Shown here: one piece after another, positions 45,901-57,355 of the stretch
How the letters are laid out: each line of letters opens with the position of its first letter
Position numbering within the stretch: the stretch's first letter is position 1
NCBI RefSeq assembly: GCF_044704955.1
Contig: NC_091994.1
Coordinates: 92,318,001-92,382,000, forward strand
Direction of reading: 5' to 3'
DNA: 64,000 bases
Source of the DNA: Pristiophorus japonicus
Taxonomy: Eukaryota
Notes under the pieces: model-generated
Seen by the model: only the letters and a program-made list of their open reading frames with translations
Databases searched by the model: none
What the model was told of the DNA's origin: nothing
Made by a program: the position numbers and the translations under genes

Positions 45901-46069
45901 GATCTGTGGGGGGGAGAGAAAATGACTTTTCTTTGAATTGTTCTGTACAGGTTTTCCAGATTTAACTGGTAGTCGCGATCGAACTTCATACCAAACGATC
46001 GATGGGCAGGCACCTGACCACCAGCCCGCTGCTTCTGCGGGGATCAAGACCCCGACCACAGTCTATTAA
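30891..46069 (+). CDS. AGTRAP: Type-1 angiotensin II receptor-associated protein, join(30891..30917,31438..31472,37854..37965,41485..41701,45951..46069), 169 aa
   Basis: MELPAVNLK|MIIFVHWLLTTW|GFMF...LAIGVWAIAQRDSVDALGM|YLFG...RFSVGMAILSLLLKP...MYKERGG|GFPDLTGSRDRTSYQTID...Y*. All junctions are GT-AG and in phase; 510 nt. Confidence 0.95.
31438..31472 (+). CDS. AGTRAP: AGTRAP exon 2 (MIIFVHWLLTTW)
   Basis: cccacag| acceptor, TG|GTGAGT donor; 35 nt. Confidence 0.93.
31540..32290 (-). mobile_element. L2-type LINE 3' portion with an internal ~4x repeat GTAAAAGAGAGGTCTTGCAGGAGAG
   Basis: Minus ORF 31886-32308 contains [23 protein letters not shown] (L2 motif). Confidence 0.8.
33182..33607 (+). 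mobile_element. Deu-domain SINE within older CR1 debris
   Basis: gggttcaagtcccactccaggg B-box region, Deu core and tail ggcgctatataaatccaagtc. Confidence 0.85.
34188..35330 (-). mobile_element. CR1 LINE 3' portion (RT)
   Basis: ORFs 34606-34863 and 34856-35179 ([27 protein letters not shown]); aagaacataag tail. Confidence 0.9.
36269..36790 (-). mobile_element. CR1 LINE 3' end
   Basis: ORF 36512-36751 VQRRFTRMLPGL...RGDLIEVYKI; atagaatcatagaa tail. Confidence 0.85.
37854..37965 (+). CDS. AGTRAP: AGTRAP exon 3
   Basis: tttaacag| acceptor, ATG|GTGAGT donor; 112 nt; LAIGVWAIAQRDSVDA. Confidence 0.95.
38663..40815. repeat. ~2.1-kb pyrimidine-rich minisatellite, ~22-27 bp unit CCCCCGTTCCCCCCCTCCTCTCTCT
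   Basis: Directly visible and almost A-free on the + strand. It produces the 700-800 aa Pro/Ser and Gly/Glu/Arg ORFs. Confidence 0.97.
41485..41701 (+). CDS. AGTRAP: AGTRAP exon 4
   Basis: tttttctttcag| acceptor, G|GTAAGA donor; 217 nt; GMAILSLLLKP...MYKERGG. Confidence 0.96.
42951..43027 (+). CDS. Possible alternative last exon of AGTRAP (DLDSSIDSRFTCDSVESTARYGCSY*)
   Basis: Long (CT)n tract plus cag| acceptor; phase-1 compatible with exon 4; open to TGA. No transcript evidence available. Confidence 0.3.
43680..45375 (+). mobile_element. Degraded L2-type LINE
   Basis: RT remnants (NLPFLSKVLE-like; DLSAVFDTVDH-like at ~44290; CLSDIQYWM) and the tail gtgaagtgtcttgggac. Confidence 0.75.
45951..46069 (+). 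CDS. AGTRAP: AGTRAP last exon (GFPDLTGSRDRTSYQTIDGQAPDHQPAASAGIKTPTTVY*)
   Basis: ttctgtacag| acceptor; DR.SYQTID motif as in the mammalian cytoplasmic tail; TAA at 46067-46069. Confidence 0.92.
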
Positions 46070-46312
46070 TGATCAAGCTGTAAGGTGCCACTGCATGGAA
46101 GCCTGTATAAACGCCTTGTGCCTTAGATTCAGTAACCACCTGCTCGTGTGTGTGTGTGGTGTGTTGGTGAGTGAATGTGTCCGGGTTCTGTGCCAATGTC
46201 CTTTCCTGTTCCAGATGGTGAGGTTGCTATCGTGACTGCCCAGGAGGCACAAAGTTGCCTGGAGTTGGAGGCTGCAGATTGTTGCACTTAAGGAAATTCT
46301 GGCCCTGGTGAA

Positions 46313-46825
46313 TTCAAAGGTCACAGATGTGGCAAACAAGCAAGTCTTTCTACTGCTTCCCAACCAGGATCCAGTTGCACTCGGGCCACTATCTAGGCTT
46401 GCAACACTTGTAAAGTACCTCAGCTTGCAAGAATCATAGCCAATACCAGTCACCTCTGCCTCTTAAGGTACCAGTGGTTATTGGGACATAGCAGTTGAAT
46501 GGCTGTTTATTATTTTCAGGGGATTGCAGTCCTGGCTGAATACAAGACGCAGAGTGAAAGCTGTTGCCAGCTCTCCAGATATATAAAGGCACTGCTCAGC
46601 GCAGTAACAGTGAGCCATAATGACCAAAGGGTTGAAGGTGATTTGCCTCAAACCCTGACTAAAACTACCTCAGGAGGCAGAGGTGACTGGTATTGGCTCT
46701 GATTCTTGCAAGCTGAGATACTTTACAAGTGTTGCAAGCCTAGATAGTGGCCCCTGAGTGCAACTGGATCCTGGTTGGGAAGCAGTAGAAAGACTTGCTT
46801 GTTTGCCACATCTGTGACCTTTGAA
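46313..46825. repeat. Long inverted repeat: arms 46313-46470 and 46666-46825, 195-nt spacer
   Basis: ttcaaaggtcacagatgtggcaaacaagcaag...cacctctgcctc is the reverse complement of gaggcagaggtg...cttgcttgtttgccacatctgtgacctttgaa. By eye there are four substitutions and one 2-nt indel. Confidence 0.95.
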
Positions 46826-47712
46826 AAATGAGATTCAGGATGGGAAGAGTCTGCCTGCTTTATATTGAATTGCAGGTATTACTGGCTGACTGCACTCTAC
46901 AATATAAAAGGGCCACTAGTCACCCACCAACAGGGACCTCCCCACCAGCAGCTCACTGGATTACTGCTATGTTTTAACTCCTGAAACTTGTGGCTGTGTT
47001 AGAATTTACACTAATATCTAACTTCATGCTTCCGCTTTCTTGCTCACAAGCTATTTGAAATTTTGTAGCTCCAGTAATTTTGTCTTCGTGGAAACACCCT
47101 CCGAGATTTGGCAGAGTGGATAAGAGGTTTAATGCTGCTCTGAATTCGACTACTGTCAGAATTCTGTGCTCCCAGACTCCACAGCCAGAGGTGCTCTGTT
47201 GGACCGGTATAAAAGCTGCTCAACTGCTGGTTTTCAGGGGGACACAGAAGAGTGGCACCAAGTGACCAGCCCTGTCCTCCCCTCTCCAGGAAAGTGATTC
47301 AGGAACTTGCTATTTGGGAATTGAAGGCACAAACCTGTGTTGCACACAGTACATTGCATCTCTCTCCATCACCGCCCCCAACCCCCCCACAATGCTCGAT
47401 GAATTGTGTAGCCCATGTGGAATGGTGCAGATTTGATGGGCTGATAGAATGTTACAGCACAGAAACAGTTCAGAGAGTAAACAGCGCTCTAGTTTGCTGT
47501 GGGCCTGGAAACAGTTCAGACTGCAGGAAGGGATCGCTTCTCGTGGTTTCGCTTTCCATTTCCAAAAGCAGACTGGACAAAGATTATATTTGCATTTGTA
47601 AATTCCACATTCCAGAAAAGCATTTCTGTAATGCCAAAGTTGGTGTGTAAATGGGCTCTTAATTTCTATTAACTAGCAAGTAGCTTGATCTTGCAATATA
47701 GCACAATTGCTG

Positions 47713-48087
47713 AATAAAGGAAAGTGACTGAGACCAGTGCAAGCAGTTGTTGGAGAACTGCTGCTGTTGCCTGTGGAAATGGCGGAGGGTTAACAGCTTT
47801 TCCACAAAGATCATTTTTTTCTGTCCCACTCTCGGGCTGGTTGCTTGCCTTAGCATGTGATCCTATCACCATGGAAACAGGAACCAGATATCAATCTTGG
47901 GCTCGCTGTGTGGTTGAACATTTAAATCCTGATATGTTATTCTGCTCAATTTTGTGCCATTTGTTCTGATTTTGGTGCCTCGTTATTGTCAGCATCCTGA
48001 ATGGTATGATTGTGAAATGTATCATTTATTATTGCCAATAAAATCCATTAACATGGACAGACTGCAGTAAGCATATCTCTGAATAAA
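47713..48087 (+). terminator. Candidate AGTRAP polyadenylation signals
   Basis: AATAAA at 47713, 48037 and 48082; the first canonical hexamers I saw after the stop codon. Confidence 0.45.
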
Positions 48088-49473
48088 GGCTACTAAATAC
48101 AGATGCACTGCAACATGGTTTAAACAGAGACAGTTGGCAACATGGAATGAAGGCATTCTGATTCTTTTCCAATGAACAAAAGCAGCTGAATTTTAGGAAA
48201 CCTCAACAATACCAGTGAGAATTTGCTGATCGTGATTTAAAAAAAAAATAAAAGATACATGTAGGCAGTCACCTTGCTACTAGTATCCATGTCTGCACGA
48301 GCCACAATACTGGATACTGTCTCTGCATGTTGGGAACAAGTGCAGCAACGACCTGTCCAACAGATTACTTCAAGTCAAATACTAAACCACAGATTCAAGG
48401 TCATCCAATCACAAGTCTTCAGTTATTTCCCAACAGTAGCTTTGAGGCTGGCTTTTGCAATCATCTTAACCGCATCCTCTTGCAACACACACACACCCAA
48501 CTCCCTGGCACTGAAACATCTCTGCCACCCACACCTTGCTCATCACTCACTGTAACTGCGGGAGATCTAATTTCTCTCATAATTCCTCACTTAACTCATC
48601 CGTAATGAATGATGCAGAAAATGTGACTAAACGTCCCTGCGTGTTATTTCTGGCTCCACTGCTAATTTGGATGTGTATGTTATATATTTATCTGGAATTT
48701 TAAAGCAACAGTAGCAGGAATATAGCAACTTTCCCCCACAGCCACACGCTCAGAACACTTCTGCACGACTCCTCAATCTGTGATTTCCTCTACTGGAGCA
48801 TTGGGTGCAGCTTAATACCAGGGGGCTGTTGACATGTTACACAATCTGATGTGGGGCAGATGTGATTCCCTTAATAGTCATCCTTTCATTAAACCCACTC
48901 CTCTAACCTGGGCTTTGGTCAGCTGGCTGATACTGAGTACAAGGCAGTTGCCCCTCAATATAGTTTCTCTTTGTAAGTTTCTAAAATCCCCAGGGAAACT
49001 CGAGAGAGTCAATGAACACTCACGGAGCCGATCATCAAAGCTGCTGTTCCTAGGGAGAGATTTGAGTTCGCTAGGGATTTTTTAGTTTATTTGAGAATTC
49101 CTTGCAGCAGCTGGTAACAGTTACATGATTCCTTGCACATAGTTCTGACCCTTGATTTTATTGACCTGCCACATGTGCTAAGTTCCCCAGTACTCTTTCC
49201 AATGACCCTGTGTGTGAGAACGATGCTCTCTTTTCAAGTAATGTTCTCTCCCAGTGGATTTCCTTGTGCCATATCCCATCTTCTATGTCGTGGCAAAGTT
49301 AAAGGCAGAAGGTATTCAGAAACAGTTTGGGCCAGGATGTGGGAAATTAGTCGGACTTCCCGTTTCTAATTTGCTTATTTTCTCTGTTCTTTTATTGATC
49401 AATTTTTGTGTTCCACACAGTGAGGGTTGTTTAGTTTGGAGAATGGAAGGCTGTATAACTCCAGTTCCAGTTT

Positions 49474-52400
49474 TGAGTGATCATCGCATATTTGAATTTC
49501 AAATTCATTTGGAGGATGAGAAAGTTGGATCTCAAATCAGCGTCCTAAGCTTAAATAAAGGAGACTACAAAGGTATGAGGGCAGAGTTGGCTAAAGTGGA
49601 CTGGGAAAATAGATTAAAGTGTAGGATGGTTGATGAACAGTGGCGTACATTGAAGGAGATAGTTCACAACTCTCAAGAAAAATATATTCTAGTGAGGAGG
49701 AAAGGTGTAAAAGAAAAGACAGTCATCCGTGGCGAACTAAAGAAATAAAGGATGGTATCCAATTTAAAAACAAGGGCATGTAAAGTGGCTAAAACCAGTG
49801 GGAGGTCAGAAGATTGGGAAGCTTTTAAAAAAACTCAGCAAAGAATGACTAAAAAAATTATTAAGAAAGGGAAGATAGATTATGAAAGTAAACTAGTATG
49901 AAATATAAAAACAGATAGCAAGAGTTTCTATATAAAAAGGAAAAGAGTGGCTAAAGTAAATGTTGGTCCCTTGGAGGACGAAACCAGGGAATTAATAATG
50001 GGAAACATGGAGATGGCAGAAACTCTAAACAAATATTTTGTATCAGTCTTTAGGGTAGAGGGCACTAACAATATCCCAACAGTGGATAGTCAAGGAGCTA
50101 TGGGGGGGGGGGGGGGGGGAAACTTAACACAATCACAATCACTAAGGAGGTGGTACTCAGTAAGATAATGGGACTAAAGGTGGATAAATCCCCTGGACCT
50201 GATGGCTTGCATCCTAGGGTCTTAAGAGAAGTAGCGGCAGGGATAATGGATGCATTGGTTGTAATTTACCAACATTCGCTGGATTCTGGGGAGGTCCCAG
50301 CAGATTGGAAAACCACAAATGTAACGCCCCTATTTAAAAAAGGAGGCAGACAAAAAGCAAGAAACTATAGATTAGTTAGCCTAACATCTGTGGTTGGGAA
50401 AATGTTGGGAGTCCATTATTAAAGAAGCACTAGCAGGACAGTTGGAAAAACATAATTCAGTCAGGCATGGTCAGCATAGATTTATGAAAGGGAAATGTTT
50501 GTCAAATTTGCTGGAATTCTTTGAGGATGTAATGAACAGGGTGGATAAAGGGGAACCAGTGAATGTGGTGTATTTGGACTTCCAGAAGGCATTTGACAAG
50601 GTGCCACATAAAAGATTACTGCACAAAATAAAAGTTCACGGGGTTGGGGGTAGTAAGAAAGCAATAAAGAAAGGAAAGATAGATTACGAAGGTAAACTTG
50701 CGCAACATATAAAAACGGATAGTAAAAGCTTTTACAGATATATAAAACGGAAAAGAGTGACTAAAGTAAATGTTGGTCCCTTAGAAGATGAGAAGGGGGA
50801 TTTAATAATGGGAAATGTGGAAATGGCTGAGACCTTAAACAATTATTTTGCTTCGGTCTTCACAGTGGAAGACACAGAAACTATGCCAGAAATTGCTGGT
50901 CACGGGAATGTGGGAAGGGAGGACCTGGAGACAATCACTATCACTAGGTGGGTAGTGCTGGATAGGCTAATGGGACACAAAGTAGACAAGTCCCCTGGTC
51001 CTGATGAAGTGCATCCCAGGGTATTAAAAGAGATGGCGGAAGTTATAGCAGATGCATTCGTTATAATCTACCAAAATTCTCTGGACTCTGGGGAGGTACC
51101 ATCGGATTGGAAAGCAGCTAATGTAATGCCTCTGTTTGAAAAAGGGGGCAGACAAAAGGCAGGTAACTATAGGCCGGTTAGTTTAACATCTGTAGTGGGG
51201 AAAATGCTTGAAACTATCATTAAGGAAGAAATAGCGGGACATCTAGATAGGAATAGTGCAATCAAGCAGACACAGCATGGATTCATGAAGGGGAAATCAT
51301 GTTTAATTTACTGGAATTCTTTGAGGATATAAAGAGCATGGTGGATAGAGGTGTACCGATGGATGTAGTGTATTTAGATTTTCAAAAGGCATTCGATAAG
51401 GTGCCACACAAAAGGTTACTGAAGAAGATAAAGGTATGTGGGGTCAGTGGAAATGTATTAGCATGGATAGAGAATTGGCTGGCTAACAGAAAGCAGAGAG
51501 TCGGGATAAATGGGTCCTTTTCGGGTTGGAAATCGGTGGTTAGTGGTGTGCCACAGGAATCGGTGCTGGGACCACAACTGTTTACAATATACATAGATGG
51601 CCTGGAAGAGGGGACAGAGTGTAGTGTAACAAAATTTGCAGATGACACAAAGATTAGTGGGAAAGCGGGTTGTGTAGAGGACACAGAGAGGCTGCAAAGA
51701 GATTTAGATAGGTTAAGCGAATGGGCTAAGGTTTGGCAGATGGAATACAATGCCGGAAAGTGTCAGGTCATCCACCTTGGGGGGGGGGGGGGAAACAAAA
51801 AGAGGGAATACAATTTGAATGGGGAGAAATTACAACATGCTGCGGTGCAGAGGGACCTGGGGGTCCTTGTGCATGAATCCCAAAAAGTTAGTTTGCAGGT
51901 GCAGCAGGTAATCAGGAAGGTGAATGGAATGTTGGCCTTCATTGCGAGAGGGATGGAGTACAAAAGCAGGGAGGTCCTTCTGCAACTGTATAGGGTATTG
52001 GTGAGGCCGCACCTGGAGTACTGCGTGCAGTTTTGGTCGCTTTACTTAAGGAAGGATATACTGGCTTTGGAGGGGGTACAGAGACAATTCACTAGGCTGA
52101 TTCCGGAGATGAGGGGGTTACCTTATGATGATAGATTGAGTAGACTGGGTCTTTACTCGTCGGAGTTCAGAAGGATAAGGGGTGATCTTATAGAAACATT
52201 TAAAATAATGAAAGGGATAGACAAGATAGAGGCAGAGAGGTTGTTTCCACTGGTCGGGGAGACTAGAACTAGGGGGCACAGCCTCAAAATACGGGGGAGC
52301 CAATTTAAAACTGAGTTGAGAAGGAATTTCTTCTTCCAGAGGGTTGTGAATCTGTGGAATTCTCTGCCCAAGGAAGCAGCTGAGGCTAGCTCATTGAATG

Positions 52401-53692
52401 TATTCAAGTCACAGATAGATAGATTTTTGACCAATAAGGGAATTAAGGGTTATGGGGAGCGGGCGGGTAAGTGGAGCTGAGTCCACGGCCAGATCAGCCA
52501 TGATCTTGTTGAATGGCGGAGCAGGCTCAAGGGGCTAGATGGCCTACTCCTGTTCCTAATTCTTATGTTCTTAATATCTTATGTATATTAGCATGAATAG
52601 AGGATTGGCTAACTAACAGAAAACAGAGAGTCGGGATAAATGGTTCATTCTCTGGTTGGCAACCAGTAACTAGTGGGGTGCCGCAGGGATCAGTACTGGG
52701 ACCCCAACTATGTACAATCTATATTAATGACTTGGAAGAAGGGACCGAATGAAATGTAGTCAAGTTTGCTGACGATACAAAGATGGGAGGAAAAGCAATG
52801 TGTGAGGAGGACACACAAAATCTGCAAAAGGACATAGACAGGCTAAGTGAGTGGGTAAAATTTGGCAGATGGAGTATAATGTTGGAAAGTGTGAGGTCAT
52901 GCATTTTGGCAGAAAAAAAATCAAAGAGCAAGTTATTTAAATGGAGAAAAATTGCCAAGTGCTGCAGTACAGCAGGACCTGCAGGTACTTGTGTGTGAAA
53001 CATAAAAGGTTAGTATGCAGGTACAGCAAGTGATCAGGAAGGCCAATGGAATCCTGGCCTTTATTGCAAAGGGGATGGAGTATAAAAGCAAGGAAGTCTT
53101 AGTACAGTTATACAAGGTATTGGTGAGACCACACTTCGAATACTGCATGCAGTTTTGGTTTCCATCTTTAAGAAACGATATACTTGCTTTGGACGCAGTT
53201 CGGAGAAGGTTCACTAGGTTGATTCCGGAGTTGAGGGGGTTGACTTATGAGGAAAGCTTGAGTAGGTTGGGCCTCTACTCATTGGAATTCAGAAGAATGA
53301 GAGGTCTTCTTATCGAAACGAATAAGATTATGAGGGGGCTTGACAAGGTGGATGCAGAGAGGATGTTTCCACTGATAGGGGAGACGATAACTAGGAGGCA
53401 TAATCTTAGAATAAGGGGCTGCGCATTAAAACTGAGATGAGGAGGAATTTCTTTCAGAGGGTTGTAAATCTGTGGAATTCGCTGCCTCAGACTACTGTGG
53501 AAGCTGGGACATTGAATGGATTTAAGACAGAAATAAACAGTTTCTTAACTGATAAGGGAATAAGGGGTTATGGAGAACGGGCAGGGAAGTGGACCTGAGT
53601 CCATGATCGGATCAACCATAATTGTATTAAATGGTGGAGCAGGCTCGAGGGGAAGTATGGCTTACTCCTGCTCCTATTTCTTATGTTCTTAT
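49474..53692 (+). mobile_element. CR1 LINE (host copy) interrupted by a second CR1 at ~50654-52582
   Basis: ORF2 pieces SDHRIFEFQI, KSPGPDGLHP, YLDFQKAFDKVPH; resumes after the insert with gtatattagc...; 3' tail ttcttatgttctta at ~53680. Confidence 0.92.
50654..52582 (+). mobile_element. Young CR1 nested inside CR1; same subfamily as 16690-19590
   Basis: Protein nearly identical to the minus-strand copy at 16.7-18.6 kb ([29 protein letters not shown]); has its own 3' tail at ~52560. Confidence 0.92.
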
Positions 53693-54294
53693 ATTTGGTA
53701 TATTCCCACCTTATGTGCACTTTGTAGCAGAGTCAAATCTAAAGTTATGAGGAGAAGTTGATAAGCTGAACTTTCTCAGGGGAGGGAAGGTTAAAGGGGC
53801 ATAGTTCAGGTTCCCTGTCTCTGCATCAAGGACTCCTTGGTCACTGCTGAGAGTTTGTTTAGACTAATGTGGTGTCGTTGGGTGAGCCAATGGGAGAATT
53901 ATCTGCAGGTGGAAAGCGATGGGTACTGTGTATTTAGATCCAAGGTCGTCTAGCCGTGCACTAAGGCTTAAAAACCAGACATTTACAATATGTAAGATGC
54001 GAAATAAAGCAACCTCTGCACTGACCCATCAAACATCCAGGTTGTGCACTGAAGGCGTGGTGAATGTTTGGATTCCCCCATTGCATTCAATAGTTCATTT
54101 GCACAATGAGCAGAGGTGAAAGGTCACTGTTTAACCCAGTCCCTCAATCAATCCCTCTGCTGCCCCCCAAAGTACCCAGAGTTACTGTTCTTTGTATGGA
54201 ACAAATTATTTAGCTGACGGTCAAAGAATGAACTGTGGGTTTAGGCTGATGAGAGGAAATCTAGTATACAGCAATGCATATGGAGGTGAAGGAA

Positions 54295-54474
54295 ACGCCT
54301 GGCCAGAGGCCCCGCCTCCAGATCGGAGACCCGCCCACCAATAGGCTGGTGCCCCGCCCCCGGGCACAGGCCACGCCTCTTGCAGCTCAAAAGCGCCGGA
54401 ATCCCGTCCCGGAGCTCTCGCGAGACCTGGCGCGCCGAATCCAAACCGCAGCCAAACGGCGAGGCGGGAAGAAG
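54295..54474 (+). promoter_or_regulatory. Candidate C1orf167 promoter and non-coding exon 1
   Basis: CpG-rich patch with GC boxes (ccccgcctcc, ccgccc, ccccgcccc), CCAAT near 54338 and a strong donor AAG|GTGAGA at 54474/54475. Confidence 0.55.
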
Positions 54475-56459
54475 GTGAGAGGGTGGAGGAGGGAGTGAAG
54501 AGGGGATTGGATTTGGGAATGGGAGAAGGGAGGAACTGGGAGGGGAGAGAATGAAAGGGGAGGGGGAAATCATTGAAGGGGAGGGAATGAGGGGGAAATG
54601 AAAGGCGTGATTGGAGGATGAGGGAAAGGGGTTTTGGGGATGAGGGGGAGGCGTTTGGCAATGGGAGAAGGGAGGAAATGAACAGGGAATGAAGGGCGAG
54701 GGGATTGGGGAATGAGGGGAAATGGAGAGGAAGAGATGAGGGGAGGAAATGATGGGGAGGTGCGGGAATAAGGGGAAGGAGGAAATAAGCGGGAATGGGA
54801 TGGAATAAGAGGGGAAGGAATGAGGGGGTCGGGAATGAAGGAGAGCGGAGGGGGTGGGGAATGAAGGACAGCGGATGAGGAGGAGGGAGAGGGGAATGGA
54901 TGGGAGGAAATAAGAAGGAGGGGATTTAGAAATGGAATGAGGAGGGAGATGATTTGGGAATGAGGAGAGGGTTTGAAGGGGGAATGAGGGAGGGGGTATA
55001 GGATGAGAGGATTGGCAGGTAGAGAGTGAGAGGAGCAATACCTTCCACTCAGCCCTACACCTGAACTGTGTGGGGACAGAGTGGTATTGGTATCACGATG
55101 ATTCAGCAGCTTCTTATGTTGGGTTGGGGAACATCATGGAAAAAAGGGGGGACGAGGGGGAGGGTGGGTGGTTGAAGAAAAAGAGTGAGGTGCACTGCGC
55201 GTTTTGTCTGTGACAAATTTATTGAGTTATGTGTGACAGATGTCAGGTCAGATTAGCAGACAAACTGGTCTGTGAGCTACAAGCGCTGTAATGGGGCTAA
55301 GTACATTACTGTAGTAATGAGACACAGACCAAGGATTGGCCTGTACAGAAACACACTGACCCTTGTCACAAGCCACAGGCCAGTCATGTGATCCTCTTAA
55401 GATTAAGGCGCAGAGATAGAGTTATCGGGAGAGGAGCTGTGCTGTGCAGTGATCATGATCAGCAGGACATTTTTATCTCCTTTTTTGTTCTATTACAAGA
55501 ATTGCTGTGTTTCTTTCAAACCATCTCATTAGGACCACCAGCCAACGGAAGGGAAGAAGCAGCTGAACCACAATGTACCGTATGTAACTGTTCCTAAATG
55601 TGTTTGTAATGTCTGCACCCTGAATTAGAAACTATAAAGTGCTGTTATAGGTTTTGTAATAATCTGTGTTGTGTGGGCATATTGTCATGTGGTGTGTTTT
55701 TTTTTCAGTTCTGAGTTTGTTGGATCGATTTTTTTTTAAGCAATTCCAATGATCTTTATCTCTTGTTGGCTGCTGATCACCCACGGCCTATTGCAGCAGG
55801 GAGAATGCACAGTGCTTGTGGCAGAGTGCCTGCACACTGTTGAGGCACAATGCATGCTCTGAGCAACAGACAATGCAAATTCACCAGTCCCACACACAGA
55901 AAACTTGTTCCACATGTGCTATGTCTTATAGCAGACTGCAAACTACAGAAAGCTGGCAGTCCAGGGCTTGAACTCCCTTACTGGGTGCTCAGCACTTGGG
56001 ATAGCAGCCTCTCCATCGGTTTTCTTCTTTTCCTTCAAACTCCCCCTTTTTTTCGGACTCTGAGGAGTTAACTGTTGGTGAGAACTATGAGGAGCGAGAT
56101 TGTGTGAGGAGGAAGAGTCTGAGAGAGGAGAGGAGGGAGATTGTGAGGAGGAGGGTGAGATTTTGCCAAACATGTCTCTGAAGTGGAACAGGCAATTAAT
56201 GAAATTTACGCATACTGATGTTTCAGTATAAAACCACTTAAAAAGTTACGTGCAAATACATCCTCACAAAAAAACCAGTGCTACGTTGTAGTCACGCTGA
56301 AAAGTTCCAGGAAACTCTGGGCCATTGGCCATTTTGGGTCACTATAGCAGGAGACAAAGATGCTGGTTGGGCAGATAAGGGAATTGATGAAGAAATGTGT
56401 AAATTGCTCGCATGGAATGGAGGCGGTCTTGTGATGATTTTTTAAAAGAAAGTTGTTCC

Positions 56460-56800
56460 TTCAATGGCTGAATGGCTAATTGCACTGCCTGGTGTGTTAC
56501 TGAGTTACACAGCCTGGTCTGTGCTTCCATAGCTAATCTCATGGTACAATTGGCTGAAGCACCTTGGGCTGAGAGAAAAATCAAACCAGGGTCCTGCTCC
56601 TGATGTTTAGCCCGTGTCCCTTGCTGAAAGTGTACTGTTTGGACATCAGGTAAGGACAATTCTGGGCTCAGTTATGATGCTTTCTATGGTTGAATATCAT
56701 GCTGGCATTCACTCTCTAGGTTCATCCATGAAGAATAGGCATTGGGTTAGGTACTGAAGACTGGCCAGTGAAACTCGCACTCCAGCAAGATTCAGCACCT
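56460..56800 (+). mobile_element. Unnamed SINE-like copy (opposite orientation to the other copies)
   Basis: ccaggg.cctgctcctgat...aggacaa...catgaagaat...cagcaaga.tcagcacctt is the reverse complement of blocks in the other copies. Confidence 0.5.
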
Positions 56801-57355
56801 TGAATTTTCAGAGTGGAAGGTCATGTCCTGATGGTTTATTAACGTTTCCAGTTTCTCTCCAGTTTCAGCTCTCTGGAATTAGAGACAGAGATTCAGACAG
56901 AGCTCTCTCTGTTTGCATAGAGCAAATTATTTGTGAAGTACAGCTTCTGATTAAATTTAAGGACACTGCTGAATTATCGCAGTGATGCCGAAGGTTTTTT
57001 TTTCATGAAATTCACCAGTGATTTGTACAAATGGTGCTCTCTGATGACTCGGTGTGTGATTGGCTAACTTAGGACTCCGCTGTGGCTGTGAGTTTGGATT
57101 GGGCCCTGTTTCTAATCCATCTGAGTGAAACGTATGCAAAAAAACCTCACATTAAGCCAATTCTAGATTTCCTTTATCCATAAGTCCTCTTAACTTGATA
57201 ATTGTGTTTGGCTGCCAACAAGTGTGTGTTGCAAGGACTATGATGTGTACGCTGATATTCAGTTTGAAGGTTGTTCTTTGAGTGTGTTTGAAGTTTAAAG
57301 TTTTCAAATCTGTTGGTGTTTTCTAGATTACAAAAAAATCCAGGAGAATCTGAAG

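Noticed and set aside
46620-46660. SECIS-like spacing (ATGA-N11-AA-N20-GA) in the hairpin spacer, with C-S-Y-TGA ending the candidate alternative exon
   Set aside because: The local stem (AGGGTT/AACCCT) is about 4 nt out of register with the required GA quartet, and canonical AGTRAP ends in TAA with no in-frame TGA. SECISearch would settle it.
54221-55038. Pro/Ser/Phe-rich minus-strand ORFs (also 7292-7987 on +)
   Set aside because: GA/CT low-complexity sequence with no recognisable domain.
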